DNA of 64,000 bases from an uncultured Verrucomicrobiae bacterium (GCA_963756875.1 CAVWPA010000001.1:1-64000), one strand, 5' to 3'; shown: positions 53,937-63,879, numbered from the stretch's first letter. Numbers and translations: made by a program. Notes: a model not told the origin generated them from the sequence alone.

Positions 53937-54713
53937 TCAGTGCAGCCGGTATTCATACAGTCGTTCGTAACACTGGCGGCAGCTTTCGTAAATTGCGCGC
54001 AGATCATCCGGGATAACGCCTTGTTTCGGTTGGTACGGCTGGAACGATGTCGATTTCGCCAGGTCGCTGTACCAATACTTTGCCCAGATGCCGTCGGTCT
54101 CGCGTAATCCTGGTGGCCACGACAGCATTGCGGAGTCGAATTCGGCGCCGATGGCGTCGCAGAGAAGTCGCAGCATTCGTTCAGGATTTCGCAGTACATC
54201 CTTAGCGTCGATGACCGGAGGCTTCGAACGGGCTCGTTTGCGAACGAAATCGAAAATCTCGATCTGCTGGACGAAGCCGAGATCGCCCAGAGCCGGATCC
54301 GGATTTTTCTTGATGTAAGAGAGAATGACGTCCCGTGGATCGCGGATGAGAAAACAGTTCGTTACGTCGCCGAGCCAGCTGCGATCTACTTCGGGCAGCA
54401 AATGGTGGGTCATCTGCTTTTGGTAAAAAATGCGCTTATTTGTCGGGCCGCCCGCTTTCGCAGCGCTATGGCGCGGCATGTTGAGGTTGCTCCGGCACTT
54501 TTCAACAACCTTCCGCCAATCGGTCTCGCCGTTTGCGATGATTTCGCCGGCGCCGGGGTGCTTTTTGCCAGTGACCTTCAAGTAGTAAGCGTAAAACGGC
54601 TCATCGACGACGGCCGTATCTGCACGACCAGCCCATGAGCGCATCATGGCGGTGGAGATATTTCGCGGACCCGACCACATTGCGATCCGAATTGGATTTG
54701 CCGGCGTCACCAT
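53937..54713 (-). CDS. Sulfotransferase-like P-loop protein
   Basis: MWSGPRNISTAMMRSW, DEPFY, QKQMTHH, LIRDP, MLSWPPG. Confidence 0.82.
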   Translation of the reverse strand: MVTPANPIRIAMWSGPRNISTAMMRSWAGRADTAVVDEPFYAYYLKVTGKKHPGAGEIIANGETDWRKVVEKCRSNLNMPRHSAAKAGGPTNKRIFYQKQMTHHLLPEVDRSWLGDVTNCFLIRDPRDVILSYIKKNPDPALGDLGFVQQIEIFDFVRKRARSKPPVIDAKDVLRNPERMLRLLCDAIGAEFDSAMLSWPPGLRETDGIWAKYWYSDLAKSTSFQPYQPKQGVIPDDLRAIYESCRQCYERLYEYRLH

Positions 54714-54823
54714 GATCCAACAATCAGATCAAGAAACGCAGATTTCGATCTTTTTACGTCTTTGGCCGATCGTCTGGTCGTCGGGTAAAGATGGATCGAA
54801 GAAGTCCTCGCCTTAAGCCGGCC

Positions 54824-55417
54824 TCATTTTACCTTGCCCAAGGCGTTTTCCACCTCGCCGAGCTGCCGCTTCAGTGCCGGCACCGTTCTCGCAGCCAACT
54901 TTTTGAGGTCAGCATCATCGCCAGACTGTGCCTGTTTCTCGAAGAGCCGGATGTTTTGCTGGTGATCTTGTTTTGCCAAGGTCAGATAATTTTTGTCGTA
55001 ATGCGTCGCTGGAATTTTTTGAGCTCCACTACCTGCAGGCGACAGCGCGAGTCCTTTTTTCTTGGCGAGCTCTATGATTTCCTGATTGGTTTGGGAGTTT
55101 TCCGCAACCATGCGCGAGGCAACTCTCTTAGTGGCCTCACTTTGCGCCCTGCTTTCGGCCGACCTTCCGTTTTCCACCTCCCAGATTCCCGCGCCAAGGG
55201 CTCCAGTCAGAAACTTCTGATCTTTCGCGGTCATCTGTTTCGCGGGCTTTGGGACGACCGTTGATTTTGGCTTGGGCGCAGAGTGATGCAGATAAGGGTT
55301 GGCGGTTACGTCCTGGTAATCTTCGCCGATTGCCCAAACGGTGGCAGCGGCGCAGAAAGTGCCTGCCATGATGGCGAGGATCGAGAATCGGGAGATAAAC
55401 TTGAATTTTGCGTTCAT
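54824..55417 (-). CDS. Secreted DUF4142-like protein
   Basis: Signal peptide; DQKFL, YDKNYL..QDHQQNIRLFE, DADLKKLAARTVPAL. Confidence 0.75.
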   Translation of the reverse strand: MNAKFKFISRFSILAIMAGTFCAAATVWAIGEDYQDVTANPYLHHSAPKPKSTVVPKPAKQMTAKDQKFLTGALGAGIWEVENGRSAESRAQSEATKRVASRMVAENSQTNQEIIELAKKKGLALSPAGSGAQKIPATHYDKNYLTLAKQDHQQNIRLFEKQAQSGDDADLKKLAARTVPALKRQLGEVENALGKVK

Positions 55418-55547
55418 GGAAGTGGTTCTGTTCGAGATTAATATCATGACTGCAGTCGTCGTCATGTAAAGTTCAAAAGTCGAGGCGGCCACGGAGGTAG
55501 CCGATGACAATCGATCACAGCGAAGGGGCCGGAAAGCGGCCTTATGC

Positions 55548-55943
55548 TTATCGCTTCGAGAACTGGAACCGTTTGCGCGCCCCGGGTTGCCCGGATTTTT
55601 TTCGCTCTTTCATGCGCGGATCGCGCCGGAGCAAACCGTCCCCTTTCAACCCGGACCGCAAATTCTCGTCAACCTGGAGAAGCGCACGGGCGATGGCAAG
55701 ACGAGCCGCACCAGCCTGCCCTGCCGGGCCGCCCCCGGAAGTATTGATCGATACGTCGTAATCGTTCACCAACTTGGCGGACTGCAACGGTTGCAGCACG
55801 GTATTTTGCAGCGGCGCACTCGGGAAATACTCCTCAAAAGTACGGCCGTTAATATCGATCTTTCCGCTGCCGGCTGTCATGCGAACGCGCGCCACCGCAG
55901 TTTTGCGGCGACCCGTAGCGATAAATTCCTGAGTGGTGGCCAT
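55548..55943 (-). CDS. rpsI: 30S ribosomal protein S9
   Basis: TGRRKTAVARV, RKRFQFSKR. Confidence 0.98.
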   Translation of the reverse strand: MATTQEFIATGRRKTAVARVRMTAGSGKIDINGRTFEEYFPSAPLQNTVLQPLQSAKLVNDYDVSINTSGGGPAGQAGAARLAIARALLQVDENLRSGLKGDGLLRRDPRMKERKKSGQPGARKRFQFSKR

Positions 55944-55954
55944 GTGATGATTCT

Positions 55955-56386
55955 TCAGGCGAGTTTGACCGGTTGTGGCTGTTGGGCGGTGTGGGGATGC
56001 TCGCCTCCTCGGTAGACTTTCAATTTGCGATAAACCGCGCGGCCAAGCCGGTTGTGAGGAATCATTCCCCGAACGGCGCGCTCAATCAACAGCTCGGGAT
56101 GGCGCTTGCGCCGGGCGCGGGCGTTCTCCGATTTATGGCCGCCCACATAGCCGGAAAAACTCATGTAACTTTTTTGATCCTCTTTCTTTCCGGACAACCG
56201 CACTTTGTCTGCGTTGATCACGATGACGAAATCGCCGGTATCGACGTGCGGAGTAACAATCGGCTTCTCTTTTCCGCGAAGTAGGTTGGCGGCTTTGGTG
56301 GCGATACGCCCGAGCACCTGATCTTTGGCGTCGATCAGCCACCATTGTCGCTGCACTTCGTTAGCCTTTGCGGAAAAAGTTTTCAT
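55955..56386 (-). CDS. rplM: 50S ribosomal protein L13
   Basis: WWLIDA..VLGR, TPHVDTGD, AVRGMIP, HPHTAQQP. Confidence 0.98.
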   Translation of the reverse strand: MKTFSAKANEVQRQWWLIDAKDQVLGRIATKAANLLRGKEKPIVTPHVDTGDFVIVINADKVRLSGKKEDQKSYMSFSGYVGGHKSENARARRKRHPELLIERAVRGMIPHNRLGRAVYRKLKVYRGGEHPHTAQQPQPVKLA

Positions 56387-56467
56387 TACGCGAGAAAAGA
56401 GCACGGAAATTACGGGGGCTGACCTCCGGTGTCAAATGTGAGATCGGACCTGCTCAGGAGCCGGCAC

Positions 56468-56483
56468 TGGCACCAGGCATGCT
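56468..56483 (+). promoter_or_regulatory. Possible sigma54 promoter of the CAP-domain gene
   Basis: TGGCACCAGGCATGCT, GG-N10-GC. Confidence 0.4.
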
Positions 56484-56496
56484 TATAAAAACCATA

Positions 56497-57156
56497 ATGA
56501 CGCGGTTCATTGGTTTTTTTACTTCCGTTTTTTGCGCTATTGGAATTCTTTCCGCGCAACAAACGTCCTCAACCACTGCAGCTCGCGTTTCGGCCAACGC
56601 CATCGTTCACGAAATGAACCTGGCAAGACAAAATCCCGCGGCTTACGCCACTTATATCGAAGAACTACGTTCCCACTTTAATGGCAGGTTCCTCGTTCTT
56701 CCGGGACACACCAGATTATATACGAAAGAAGGTTTGCGCGCGGTCAATGAGGCAATTCGATTTCTTCGCTCCGCGCAGCCCGAGCAGCCGCTGGTTCTCT
56801 CAGCCGGGATGTCCCGCGCTGCGGCCGATCATTGTGCAGATCAAATTAGCGGAGCAATCGGGCATGAAGGAAGCGACCGCAGCAGCCCGGGAAGCCGCAT
56901 CAGCCGGTACGGTGTCTGGAGTGCAAGCTGGGGCGAGAACATCGCCTACGGGAAAACAAGCGCGCGCGATATCGTTATTGCGCTCATCATCGATGATGGC
57001 GTGCGTGGCCGGAAACATCGCCAGAACATTTTTAACCCGAAATTCAAATTTGCCGGTGCCGCCTATGGGCCGCATGCGCGTTATCGCAGCGTATGCAGCA
57101 TCGATTTCGCAGGCGGATACTCGGAGCGCGGAGAGTTGGTCGCCCGAAATTACTAA
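56497..57156 (+). CDS. Secreted CAP/SCP-domain protein
   Basis: NLARQNP, AAADH, GENIAYG, LIIDDGV..RKHRQNI. Confidence 0.88.
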   Translation: MTRFIGFFTSVFCAIGILSAQQTSSTTAARVSANAIVHEMNLARQNPAAYATYIEELRSHFNGRFLVLPGHTRLYTKEGLRAVNEAIRFLRSAQPEQPLVLSAGMSRAAADHCADQISGAIGHEGSDRSSPGSRISRYGVWSASWGENIAYGKTSARDIVIALIIDDGVRGRKHRQNIFNPKFKFAGAAYGPHARYRSVCSIDFAGGYSERGELVARNY

Positions 57157-57186
57157 CCCGGCGATCACCCGGTCGGCCAGCACCGC

Positions 57187-57516
57187 TTAAGAATCGCGAT
57201 GGTGCGCGGGCGATTTATTCAGAATGGGCTGAATCGAAGGATCGGCTTTGAGCATGGCCGCGCGCATCGCGTCGCGGAACTCCTTGTGCGCTTCCTTCAT
57301 TTTTTCATGGGCCGCCTGCACGGAAGGATCCTGCATCGCTTTTTCGTGCGCAGCCTTCAACCTCTGGCGGTCTTGCGGTGAAAGGTTTTCCAGCCGCTGT
57401 CCCCAGCGAGCGTGTCGTCCTTCGCCATGCTGATCCGTATCCTGGCCAAATGCGACGGGATTCAACTGCAACGCCACGGCCAGGGTCGATATCATCAGCG
57501 ACGATTTGATTTTCAT
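57187..57516 (-). CDS. Small secreted helical hypothetical protein
   Basis: Signal peptide, LSPQDRQRLKAAHEKAMQDP, AMLKADPSI. Confidence 0.7.
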   Translation of the reverse strand: MKIKSSLMISTLAVALQLNPVAFGQDTDQHGEGRHARWGQRLENLSPQDRQRLKAAHEKAMQDPSVQAAHEKMKEAHKEFRDAMRAAMLKADPSIQPILNKSPAHHRDS

Positions 57517-57613
57517 AGTGCGAAGGTACAAACAGTCGACGCGCGATAAAGTTGCGCTCTCGTCAAAATGGCTGCTGGCCATTTCCTGTTCGCGAGATTA
57601 ATTCGTTGTCGCC

Positions 57614-59143
57614 ATGTCAAACCCTTCCGCTCCCAAAACTGCGATCTCGCCGCAGCGCGCCGAGGATTTCCCGGAATGGTATCAACAAGTGGTACGCGCG
57701 GCGGAGCTGGCCGAGCCAAGCGACGTGCGCGGTTGCATGGTGATCCGCCCGTGGGGCTACGGGATTTGGGAAAACATGCAGCGGCAGCTGAACGCGATGT
57801 TTCGCGCAACCGGGCATCGCAACGCCTATTTTCCGCTTTTCATTCCGCTTAGTTACTTCGCCAAGGAAGCCGAGCACGTCGAAGGGTTCGCAAAGGAGTG
57901 CGCGGTGGTGACCCATAGTCGGCTGGAGGTGGGCGAGGATGGGAAAATGAAGCCGGCCAGTCCCTTGACCGAACCGCTGGTGGTCAGGCCGACGAGCGAA
58001 ACGATCATCGGCGCGAGCTACGCAAAGTGGGTCCAATCGTATCGCGATCTGCCCATTCTGATCAATCAATGGGCCAATGTGGTTCGCTGGGAAATGCGGC
58101 CGCGTTTGTTTTTGCGCACGACCGAATTTTTATGGCAGGAGGGGCACACGGTCCACGAAACGGAAGCGGAAGCGCGCGAGGAGACGAAACTGATTCTTGA
58201 TCTTTACGCACGGTTTGCCCGCGAGTATCTGGCAGTCCCCGTTTTCAGCGGAGAAAAATCCGAGAGCGAACGTTTTCCCGGCGCGGTGCAAACTTTCTCG
58301 ATCGAAGCGATGGTGCAGGACCGCAAGGCAATCCAGGCGGGCACGTCGCATTTTCTCGGCCAAAATTTTTCGCGAGCGAGCGGGATCCAATTTCAGACCC
58401 GTGAAGGTAAGCAGGAGTTTGGCTGGACGACGAGCTGGGGCGTCAGTGCGCGGCTTGTTGGCACTGTGGTAATGATGCATTCCGACGACGACGGCCTGGT
58501 TCTACCACCGCGAATTGCGCCGACGCAGATCGTCATTTTGCCGATCACGCCCAAGGAAGAAACGCGGACGAAAGTGCTCGAGACATGCGACAGCCTGGCA
58601 TTGCAGTTGCGGGCAAAGCCGCATCTCGATCTGGAGATCGACGCGCAAGTGGACAAGCGGGATTTGGGCGGCGGCGTGAAGAATTGGGAATGGATCAAAA
58701 AAGGCGTGCCACTGCGGGTCGAAATCGGGCCGCGCGATTTGGAAAAGAATTCTTTGGTAGTAAGCCGGCGAGACCAGCCGGTGAAAGCAAAGCAGACGAT
58801 GTCGATCCAGGAATTTGTCGCAACGGCGCCGGAGATTCTGATGTCGATTCAGCAAAATCTTTACGAGCGAGCGACAAAATTCCGGGACGAGAACACGCGT
58901 GTGATCGATACAAAGGAGGAATTCTACGACTTCTTCACACCGGAGAATACCGCCAAACCGGAAATTCATGGCGGATTCGCTCTTGCGCATTGGAATGGTT
59001 CGCGCGAAGTGGAGGAGCAAATTAAAAGCGACCTCAAAGTCACGATCCGCTGCATTCCTCTCGACGATACCTTCGAGGCCGGCCGCTGCATTTTCACCGG
59101 CGAACCAAGCGCCCGCCGCGTTATCTGGGCCAAGTCGTATTAA
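57614..59143 (+). CDS. proS: Proline--tRNA ligase (archaeal/eukaryotic-like type)
   Basis: VRGCMVIRPWG, RPTSET, FLRTTEFLWQEGH, QAGTSHFLGQNF, C-terminal KSY. Confidence 0.97.
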   Translation: MSNPSAPKTAISPQRAEDFPEWYQQVVRAAELAEPSDVRGCMVIRPWGYGIWENMQRQLNAMFRATGHRNAYFPLFIPLSYFAKEAEHVEGFAKECAVVTHSRLEVGEDGKMKPASPLTEPLVVRPTSETIIGASYAKWVQSYRDLPILINQWANVVRWEMRPRLFLRTTEFLWQEGHTVHETEAEAREETKLILDLYARFAREYLAVPVFSGEKSESERFPGAVQTFSIEAMVQDRKAIQAGTSHFLGQNFSRASGIQFQTREGKQEFGWTTSWGVSARLVGTVVMMHSDDDGLVLPPRIAPTQIVILPITPKEETRTKVLETCDSLALQLRAKPHLDLEIDAQVDKRDLGGGVKNWEWIKKGVPLRVEIGPRDLEKNSLVVSRRDQPVKAKQTMSIQEFVATAPEILMSIQQNLYERATKFRDENTRVIDTKEEFYDFFTPENTAKPEIHGGFALAHWNGSREVEEQIKSDLKVTIRCIPLDDTFEAGRCIFTGEPSARRVIWAKSY

Positions 59144-59203
59144 GTCCTGGGAAGACCTCCGGTGTTGACGCGTTGATCGAGGCCCGTTTATTTGCCGCTG
59201 CTG

Positions 59204-59449
59204 ATGGAATTAAAGCTTTACAGCCGCAAGTGGTGTTCATGGTGCATGGATGCAAAGGAATATTTGAGCACGCACGGCTACGAGTTCCTCGAGGTCGATG
59301 TCGGCATCGATCGGCAGGCGTATCAGGAGATGCTGAAACTTTCCGACCAAACCTACGTCCCGACATTTGTGGCCGGCGACAAGGTGCTTGCCAATTTTGA
59401 CACGAACCAGCTGGAGCGGTTTTTGGCCGAGCACGAGATCAGGCCGTAA
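59204..59449 (+). CDS. Glutaredoxin-like protein
   Basis: CSWC motif, QTYVPT. Confidence 0.85.
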   Translation: MELKLYSRKWCSWCMDAKEYLSTHGYEFLEVDVGIDRQAYQEMLKLSDQTYVPTFVAGDKVLANFDTNQLERFLAEHEIRP

Positions 59450-60264
59450 TGTTGTTTCAACTCTTTCTTATCCTTGGCGTCGCTGTTCTTAGCGTGGCGC
59501 TGCGCAGTTTTCAGAGTTCGTTCTCTCAAAAGGCCGGGGCGCTCGGCATTCTCGTCGCGACCTATCTGCTCGTTTACTTCATCACCAAGAGTCATATTCT
59601 CGGTGCGGTGGCGGCGGCGAGCTGGTTCTTTTTGCCGTGGGTAGAAATTCTTACGCGTATCCGCACGCTCCGGTTGCCCAGGGAAAAACAGCTCCGTCCC
59701 AAAAACGCACCGTCCGCCGACATTTTTCCTAATCTGAGCGAGATCACGCGCGAAATCGAAAACGAAGGCTTTGCGTACGTAAGCGACGCCGGGTGGGACT
59801 GGGAAGACTACCGACAATTTTTTCGATTGTTCTACAAAGCCGAAGACCGTGCGCAGGCGACGATCTGTCTGAACGAGCAGCATGACCTCTCATTTTATTA
59901 TCTGCGCATCTCGTCCCGTGCAAAAGGCGGCATCATTTGGACGACCTGGAATTATCCGCTTTCCTACGGCTTGAAATTGACGCCGCAATTTCGCATCAAC
60001 CGCCAGCGACCCGATCAATCGTTCTGGCAGCTTTACCAGAGCCACCGGGAATTTTTGCGAAAGAACAACGTGCAGGTGGAAGCGATCGACCCGCTGGATG
60101 AAGAGGGAATCGAGAGGGAAATGGAAAGAGATTTGCGCGAACAGATCGCGCACAACATCGACAAAGGCGTGCTCAAGCAAACACCCGATGGCGATGTAAA
60201 ATATTCCTGGCGCGGAATGCTCTATCTCTGGTGCCAGTTTCTGCTGGATTTGGTGCGGTTGTAG
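59449..60264 (+). CDS. Hypothetical membrane protein
   Basis: Intact 271-aa ORF with three N-terminal TM segments, overlapping the glutaredoxin stop. Confidence 0.8.
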   Translation: MLFQLFLILGVAVLSVALRSFQSSFSQKAGALGILVATYLLVYFITKSHILGAVAAASWFFLPWVEILTRIRTLRLPREKQLRPKNAPSADIFPNLSEITREIENEGFAYVSDAGWDWEDYRQFFRLFYKAEDRAQATICLNEQHDLSFYYLRISSRAKGGIIWTTWNYPLSYGLKLTPQFRINRQRPDQSFWQLYQSHREFLRKNNVQVEAIDPLDEEGIEREMERDLREQIAHNIDKGVLKQTPDGDVKYSWRGMLYLWCQFLLDLVRL

Positions 60265-60298
60265 ACGTCGTTGCGCCGCGGCGAACGCCCTGCAACGA

Positions 60299-60859
60299 TT
60301 ATACCTTCATGATCTCAGCTTCTTTGTGCTTGAGATGGTCGTCGATCGATTTAACAAACCGATCGGTCAGCTTTTGAATTTCGTTTTCCAGATCGTGCCA
60401 TTCGTCTTCGCTCACGCCGCCGGCCGTTTTCAATTTCTTTGATTCATCCAGCGCCGAACGCCGGTTCCCTCGCACCCGGACCCGCGCATCCTCGGCCATT
60501 TTGCCTAACGATTTCACGAGGTCTTTCCGGCGTTCCTCGGAAAGCTCTGGAATCGGCAGCCGAATGATCTTTCCGTCCACTGCCGGCATAATGCCGATAT
60601 TCGATTCCTTGAGCGCGCGCTCGATGTCCTGGACCGTGCTGGCGTCGAACGGTTGCACGACGAGCAGGCGCGCTTCCGGTGTCGTAATGAGGGCCAGTTG
60701 TTTCAACTTCATTGCCGATCCGTAGGCCTGCACATCGATATTTTCGACGAGTGCGGGAGAGGCTTTTCCCGTGCGGACGCTCGAAAATTCGTGGATCAAA
60801 TAATCGACGCTTTTCTCCATCGACATCTCGGCTTCCAAAAGAATGTCGTCTTTGCTCAT
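60299..60859 (-). CDS. frr: Ribosome recycling factor
   Basis: RTGKAS, IRLPIPELSEERRK, IQKLTD, KEAEIM. Confidence 0.97.
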   Translation of the reverse strand: MSKDDILLEAEMSMEKSVDYLIHEFSSVRTGKASPALVENIDVQAYGSAMKLKQLALITTPEARLLVVQPFDASTVQDIERALKESNIGIMPAVDGKIIRLPIPELSEERRKDLVKSLGKMAEDARVRVRGNRRSALDESKKLKTAGGVSEDEWHDLENEIQKLTDRFVKSIDDHLKHKEAEIMKV

Positions 60860-60871
60860 GCCGTAGAATGT

Positions 60872-61612
60872 TTACGCCGCCGCCGCTTCATCGCAAACCA
60901 GTGTGCCAACTTTTCGGCCCAGCACCGCGTCGCGAATGTTGCTCGGCTTGTTCATGTCGAACACCACAATCGGGATTTTGTTGTCCATGCAAAGACTGAA
61001 CGCCGTCGAATCCATAATTTTCAGTCGTTTCGTCAGCGCTTCGGTGAATGTGACGCGATCGTAGCGCTTGGCGTCCGGGTGCGCGACTGGATCGCGATCG
61101 TAGACACCGTCCACTTTTGTCGCCTTTAAAATGGCATCGGCCCCGATCTCGCTCGCGCGCAACGCGGCGGTGGTATCGGTTGAAAAATAGGGATTGCCGG
61201 TGCCGGCGGCAAAAATGACGATGCGACCAAGTTCCAGGTGCCGGATGGCGCGGCCAAGAATGAACGGTTCGGCCACATTTTTCATTTCGATCGCGGTCTG
61301 GACCCGGGTTTCCACACCCATCTGCACAAGCGCGCTACGCAAAGCCAGGGCATTGATCACGGTGGCGAGCATGCCCATGTAATCGGCGGTTGTGCGATCC
61401 ATCCCGCGGTGTGCGGCGGAGGATCCTCGCCAAATATTTCCGCCGCCGATCACCACTGAAATTTGCACGCCGAGGCGGTGTACGTCCTTGATGCGGTCCG
61501 CGATTTCGCGCACCACGGCGGGAGAAATATTCTCGCGCGCTCCTCGTTCCTGAAGAGCTTCGCCGCTCAGCTTCAGGACGATGCGTTTGTAAGCGGCAGC
61601 CTCCGTTTTCAT
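60872..61612 (-). CDS. pyrH: Uridylate kinase
   Basis: [33 protein letters not shown]. Confidence 0.97.
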   Translation of the reverse strand: MKTEAAAYKRIVLKLSGEALQERGARENISPAVVREIADRIKDVHRLGVQISVVIGGGNIWRGSSAAHRGMDRTTADYMGMLATVINALALRSALVQMGVETRVQTAIEMKNVAEPFILGRAIRHLELGRIVIFAAGTGNPYFSTDTTAALRASEIGADAILKATKVDGVYDRDPVAHPDAKRYDRVTFTEALTKRLKIMDSTAFSLCMDNKIPIVVFDMNKPSNIRDAVLGRKVGTLVCDEAAAA

Positions 61613-61776
61613 GCGCGAAAGAATGAAACAGGAGGGAAGGATGTTTGAAAAGCAAAATGGTAGTTCTCTCTCTGTGGGAGCACGGGCAAGCCCGCCCTTC
61701 GCTCAACGAAGCGCCTGCAACCGTGGATGGCGTGATTCATTAACCTTTGCGAGGTCCCTCTCCCGCGGCCGCGGGA

Positions 61777-62706
61777 TCAGGATGACAGCGCGTGACCATG
61801 CCCTCGAAGGAATTCGCCTGCGGTCATTGTTCGCTTGCCTTCCAACTGCACTTCGCACAACGACAGCGCGCCCTTTCCGGCGGCGATGATAAACTCGTCT
61901 TCGCTTCGCAGAATCTCGCCGGGTTTTCCGTCGCAATCGACAATCGTAGCGGAGAAGATTTTCAAATTTCGGGTTTTATCTTGTTTGGTTGAGATCGGCG
62001 TGAACGCGCCCGGCCATGGATTAAAAGCGCGAATTTTTCGCTCGATCGCTTCCGCCGGTTCCGACCAATCGATTTGCCCATCTTCGCGATTCAATTTGGG
62101 CGCTTGAGTGGCAAATGCATTGTCCTGTGGAACACGCGGGGCGTGTCCGCTGGCGAGCAGCCGCAAAGATTCCAGGATCGCGTCCGGCGCAACCTGCGCG
62201 AGCCGGTCGTGCAACGAGCTGCCCGTGTCGGCAGTCGAGATATCGATCTTGCTTTGCAAAAGGATGTCGCCGGTATCGAGTCCTTCATCCATGTACATGG
62301 TCGTGATCCCGGTCTCGCAATCGCCCGAGACAATGGCAGCTTGAATGGGCGCGGCACCGCGCCAGCGCGGCAATAGGGATGCGTGCAGATTTAAGCACGC
62401 GATTCGTGGAATCTCGAGTACAGCGCGCGGCAAAATCTGTCCGTACGCCATCACCACGATGACATCCGGTTGCAGCGCGCTAAGTCTTTCGATCGATTCC
62501 TGATCTTTGATCCGCGCCGGCTGCAAAATCGGTATCCTTGATCCAGCGAGCGCTTTTTTTATCGGCGGCGATTCGATTCGTTGATCGCGCCCGACAGGCT
62601 TGTCGGTCTTCGTCACGACGGCGGCGAGTTCGTGTTCGGCCGATCGTTGCAATGCCTGCAGGGTCGGCACGCCGATTTCGCCCGTGCCGATAAAAACGAT
62701 GCGCAT
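61777..62706 (-). CDS. fmt: Methionyl-tRNA formyltransferase
   Basis: NLHASLLPRWRGAAPIQ, GLDTGDI, RAFNPWPG. Confidence 0.96.
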   Translation of the reverse strand: MRIVFIGTGEIGVPTLQALQRSAEHELAAVVTKTDKPVGRDQRIESPPIKKALAGSRIPILQPARIKDQESIERLSALQPDVIVVMAYGQILPRAVLEIPRIACLNLHASLLPRWRGAAPIQAAIVSGDCETGITTMYMDEGLDTGDILLQSKIDISTADTGSSLHDRLAQVAPDAILESLRLLASGHAPRVPQDNAFATQAPKLNREDGQIDWSEPAEAIERKIRAFNPWPGAFTPISTKQDKTRNLKIFSATIVDCDGKPGEILRSEDEFIIAAGKGALSLCEVQLEGKRTMTAGEFLRGHGHALSS

Positions 62707-62712
62707 GCCGGA

Positions 62713-62955
62713 TTACGGCAGCTGATGGGCGCGTGCGCGTCGCCGGCCTTGTGCGTTTATCGCTTGCGCCATCAATTTGTCACCCGCAGTAACTTCACGC
62801 GTCCCGACTGAAGATCCGCAGCCGGTGCACAGATAATCGAAGATTTCCCGGTCAGGAAGAATCAGAAGCAGCCGCTCGCGAACCGGCATCGTTGCCTTGC
62901 ACTTTTCGCAGTAAAGAGCGGATGCGGTGAAATTTTCAAACTGCTGCTGGCTCAT
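62713..62955 (-). CDS. Small zinc-ribbon protein
   Basis: CEKC...CTGC in an 80-aa ORF inside the adk-fmt run. Confidence 0.75.
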   Translation of the reverse strand: MSQQQFENFTASALYCEKCKATMPVRERLLLILPDREIFDYLCTGCGSSVGTREVTAGDKLMAQAINAQGRRRARAHQLP

Positions 62956-63539
62956 GGTTAACGCCGTTTACGCTCGCCAAAATATCCAGTAACACTTTCG
63001 CTGGCGGCTGCGTGGCGTCAATCACGGTGACACATTCTTTCGGATAATAGCCGAGCACGGGCTTGGACTCTTTCTCGTACAGTCTCCAGGCGCTTCTGAA
63101 TGACCTGCTCATTTGCGTCGTCGAGGCGATTGTCTTTCAGTGCGCGCTTTTTTAATCGTTGAAACAGCGTCTCACGGTTCGGGCAAGAGAGATGAAAGAC
63201 CTTTTCCACGTCGATCATCTCCTCCATGATTTTCGCCTGGCCGACGTTCCGCGGAATGCCGTCGAGCACAAGAATGTCGATGTCGGGCTTGAATTTGTGC
63301 CCATCGACAGCTGCGTCGATCGCCTCCTTCCAAAGTTCAACGGTGATATCGTCCGGCACCAGATGGCCTTTGCTGGAATATTCGAGGAACGCCTTGCCGA
63401 CTTTCGTTCGCGTGTCGATTGAGCGAAACACGTCCCCACAGGGGCAATGATAAAAACGCGGGATTGTCCCGAGCGTTTTGCCCTGCGTGCCTTTGCCGCT
63501 GCCTGGGGCGCCAAAGAGGATGAACGTTCGATACTTCAC
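62936..63539 (-). CDS. adk: Adenylate kinase family protein, one frameshift near 63080
   Basis: GAPGSGKGTQ, LVPDD, LDGIPR, RLDD; corrected frame continues YEKESKPVLGYY. Confidence 0.88.
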
Positions 63540-63624
63540 AAAGGGAATTCCTTATACCGTAAACTGACTGAAACAGAAAAGACGAAACGGAACCGCGGAA
63601 CGAAAGTTTCTCCCCGGCTCGGTT

Positions 63625-63879
63625 CTACTTCGCGACCGCGGGATCGACGTTTACCCGACGGCCCGCCCGGTCGAAGCGGACGTTCCCATCCACCAGCGCA
63701 AAAATCGTGTAATCGCGGCCGACACCGACATTCTTACCAGGCAGAAACTTCGTTCCGCGCTGGCGCACGATGATGTTGCCGGCAACGACCATTTCGCTGC
63801 CAAACTTTTTTACGCCGAGACGCTTGCTAACGCTGTCGCGGCCGTTCTTGACGCTGCCTTGTCCTTTTTTATGAGCCAT
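63625..63879 (-). CDS. rpmA: 50S ribosomal protein L27
   Basis: [24 protein letters not shown]. Confidence 0.98.
   Translation of the reverse strand: MAHKKGQGSVKNGRDSVSKRLGVKKFGSEMVVAGNIIVRQRGTKFLPGKNVGVGRDYTIFALVDGNVRFDRAGRRVNVDPAVAK

Noticed and set aside
44261..63539. TPR gene and adk as true pseudogenes
   Set aside because: Each is restored by a single-base correction and shows no other decay; residual sequencing error is more likely
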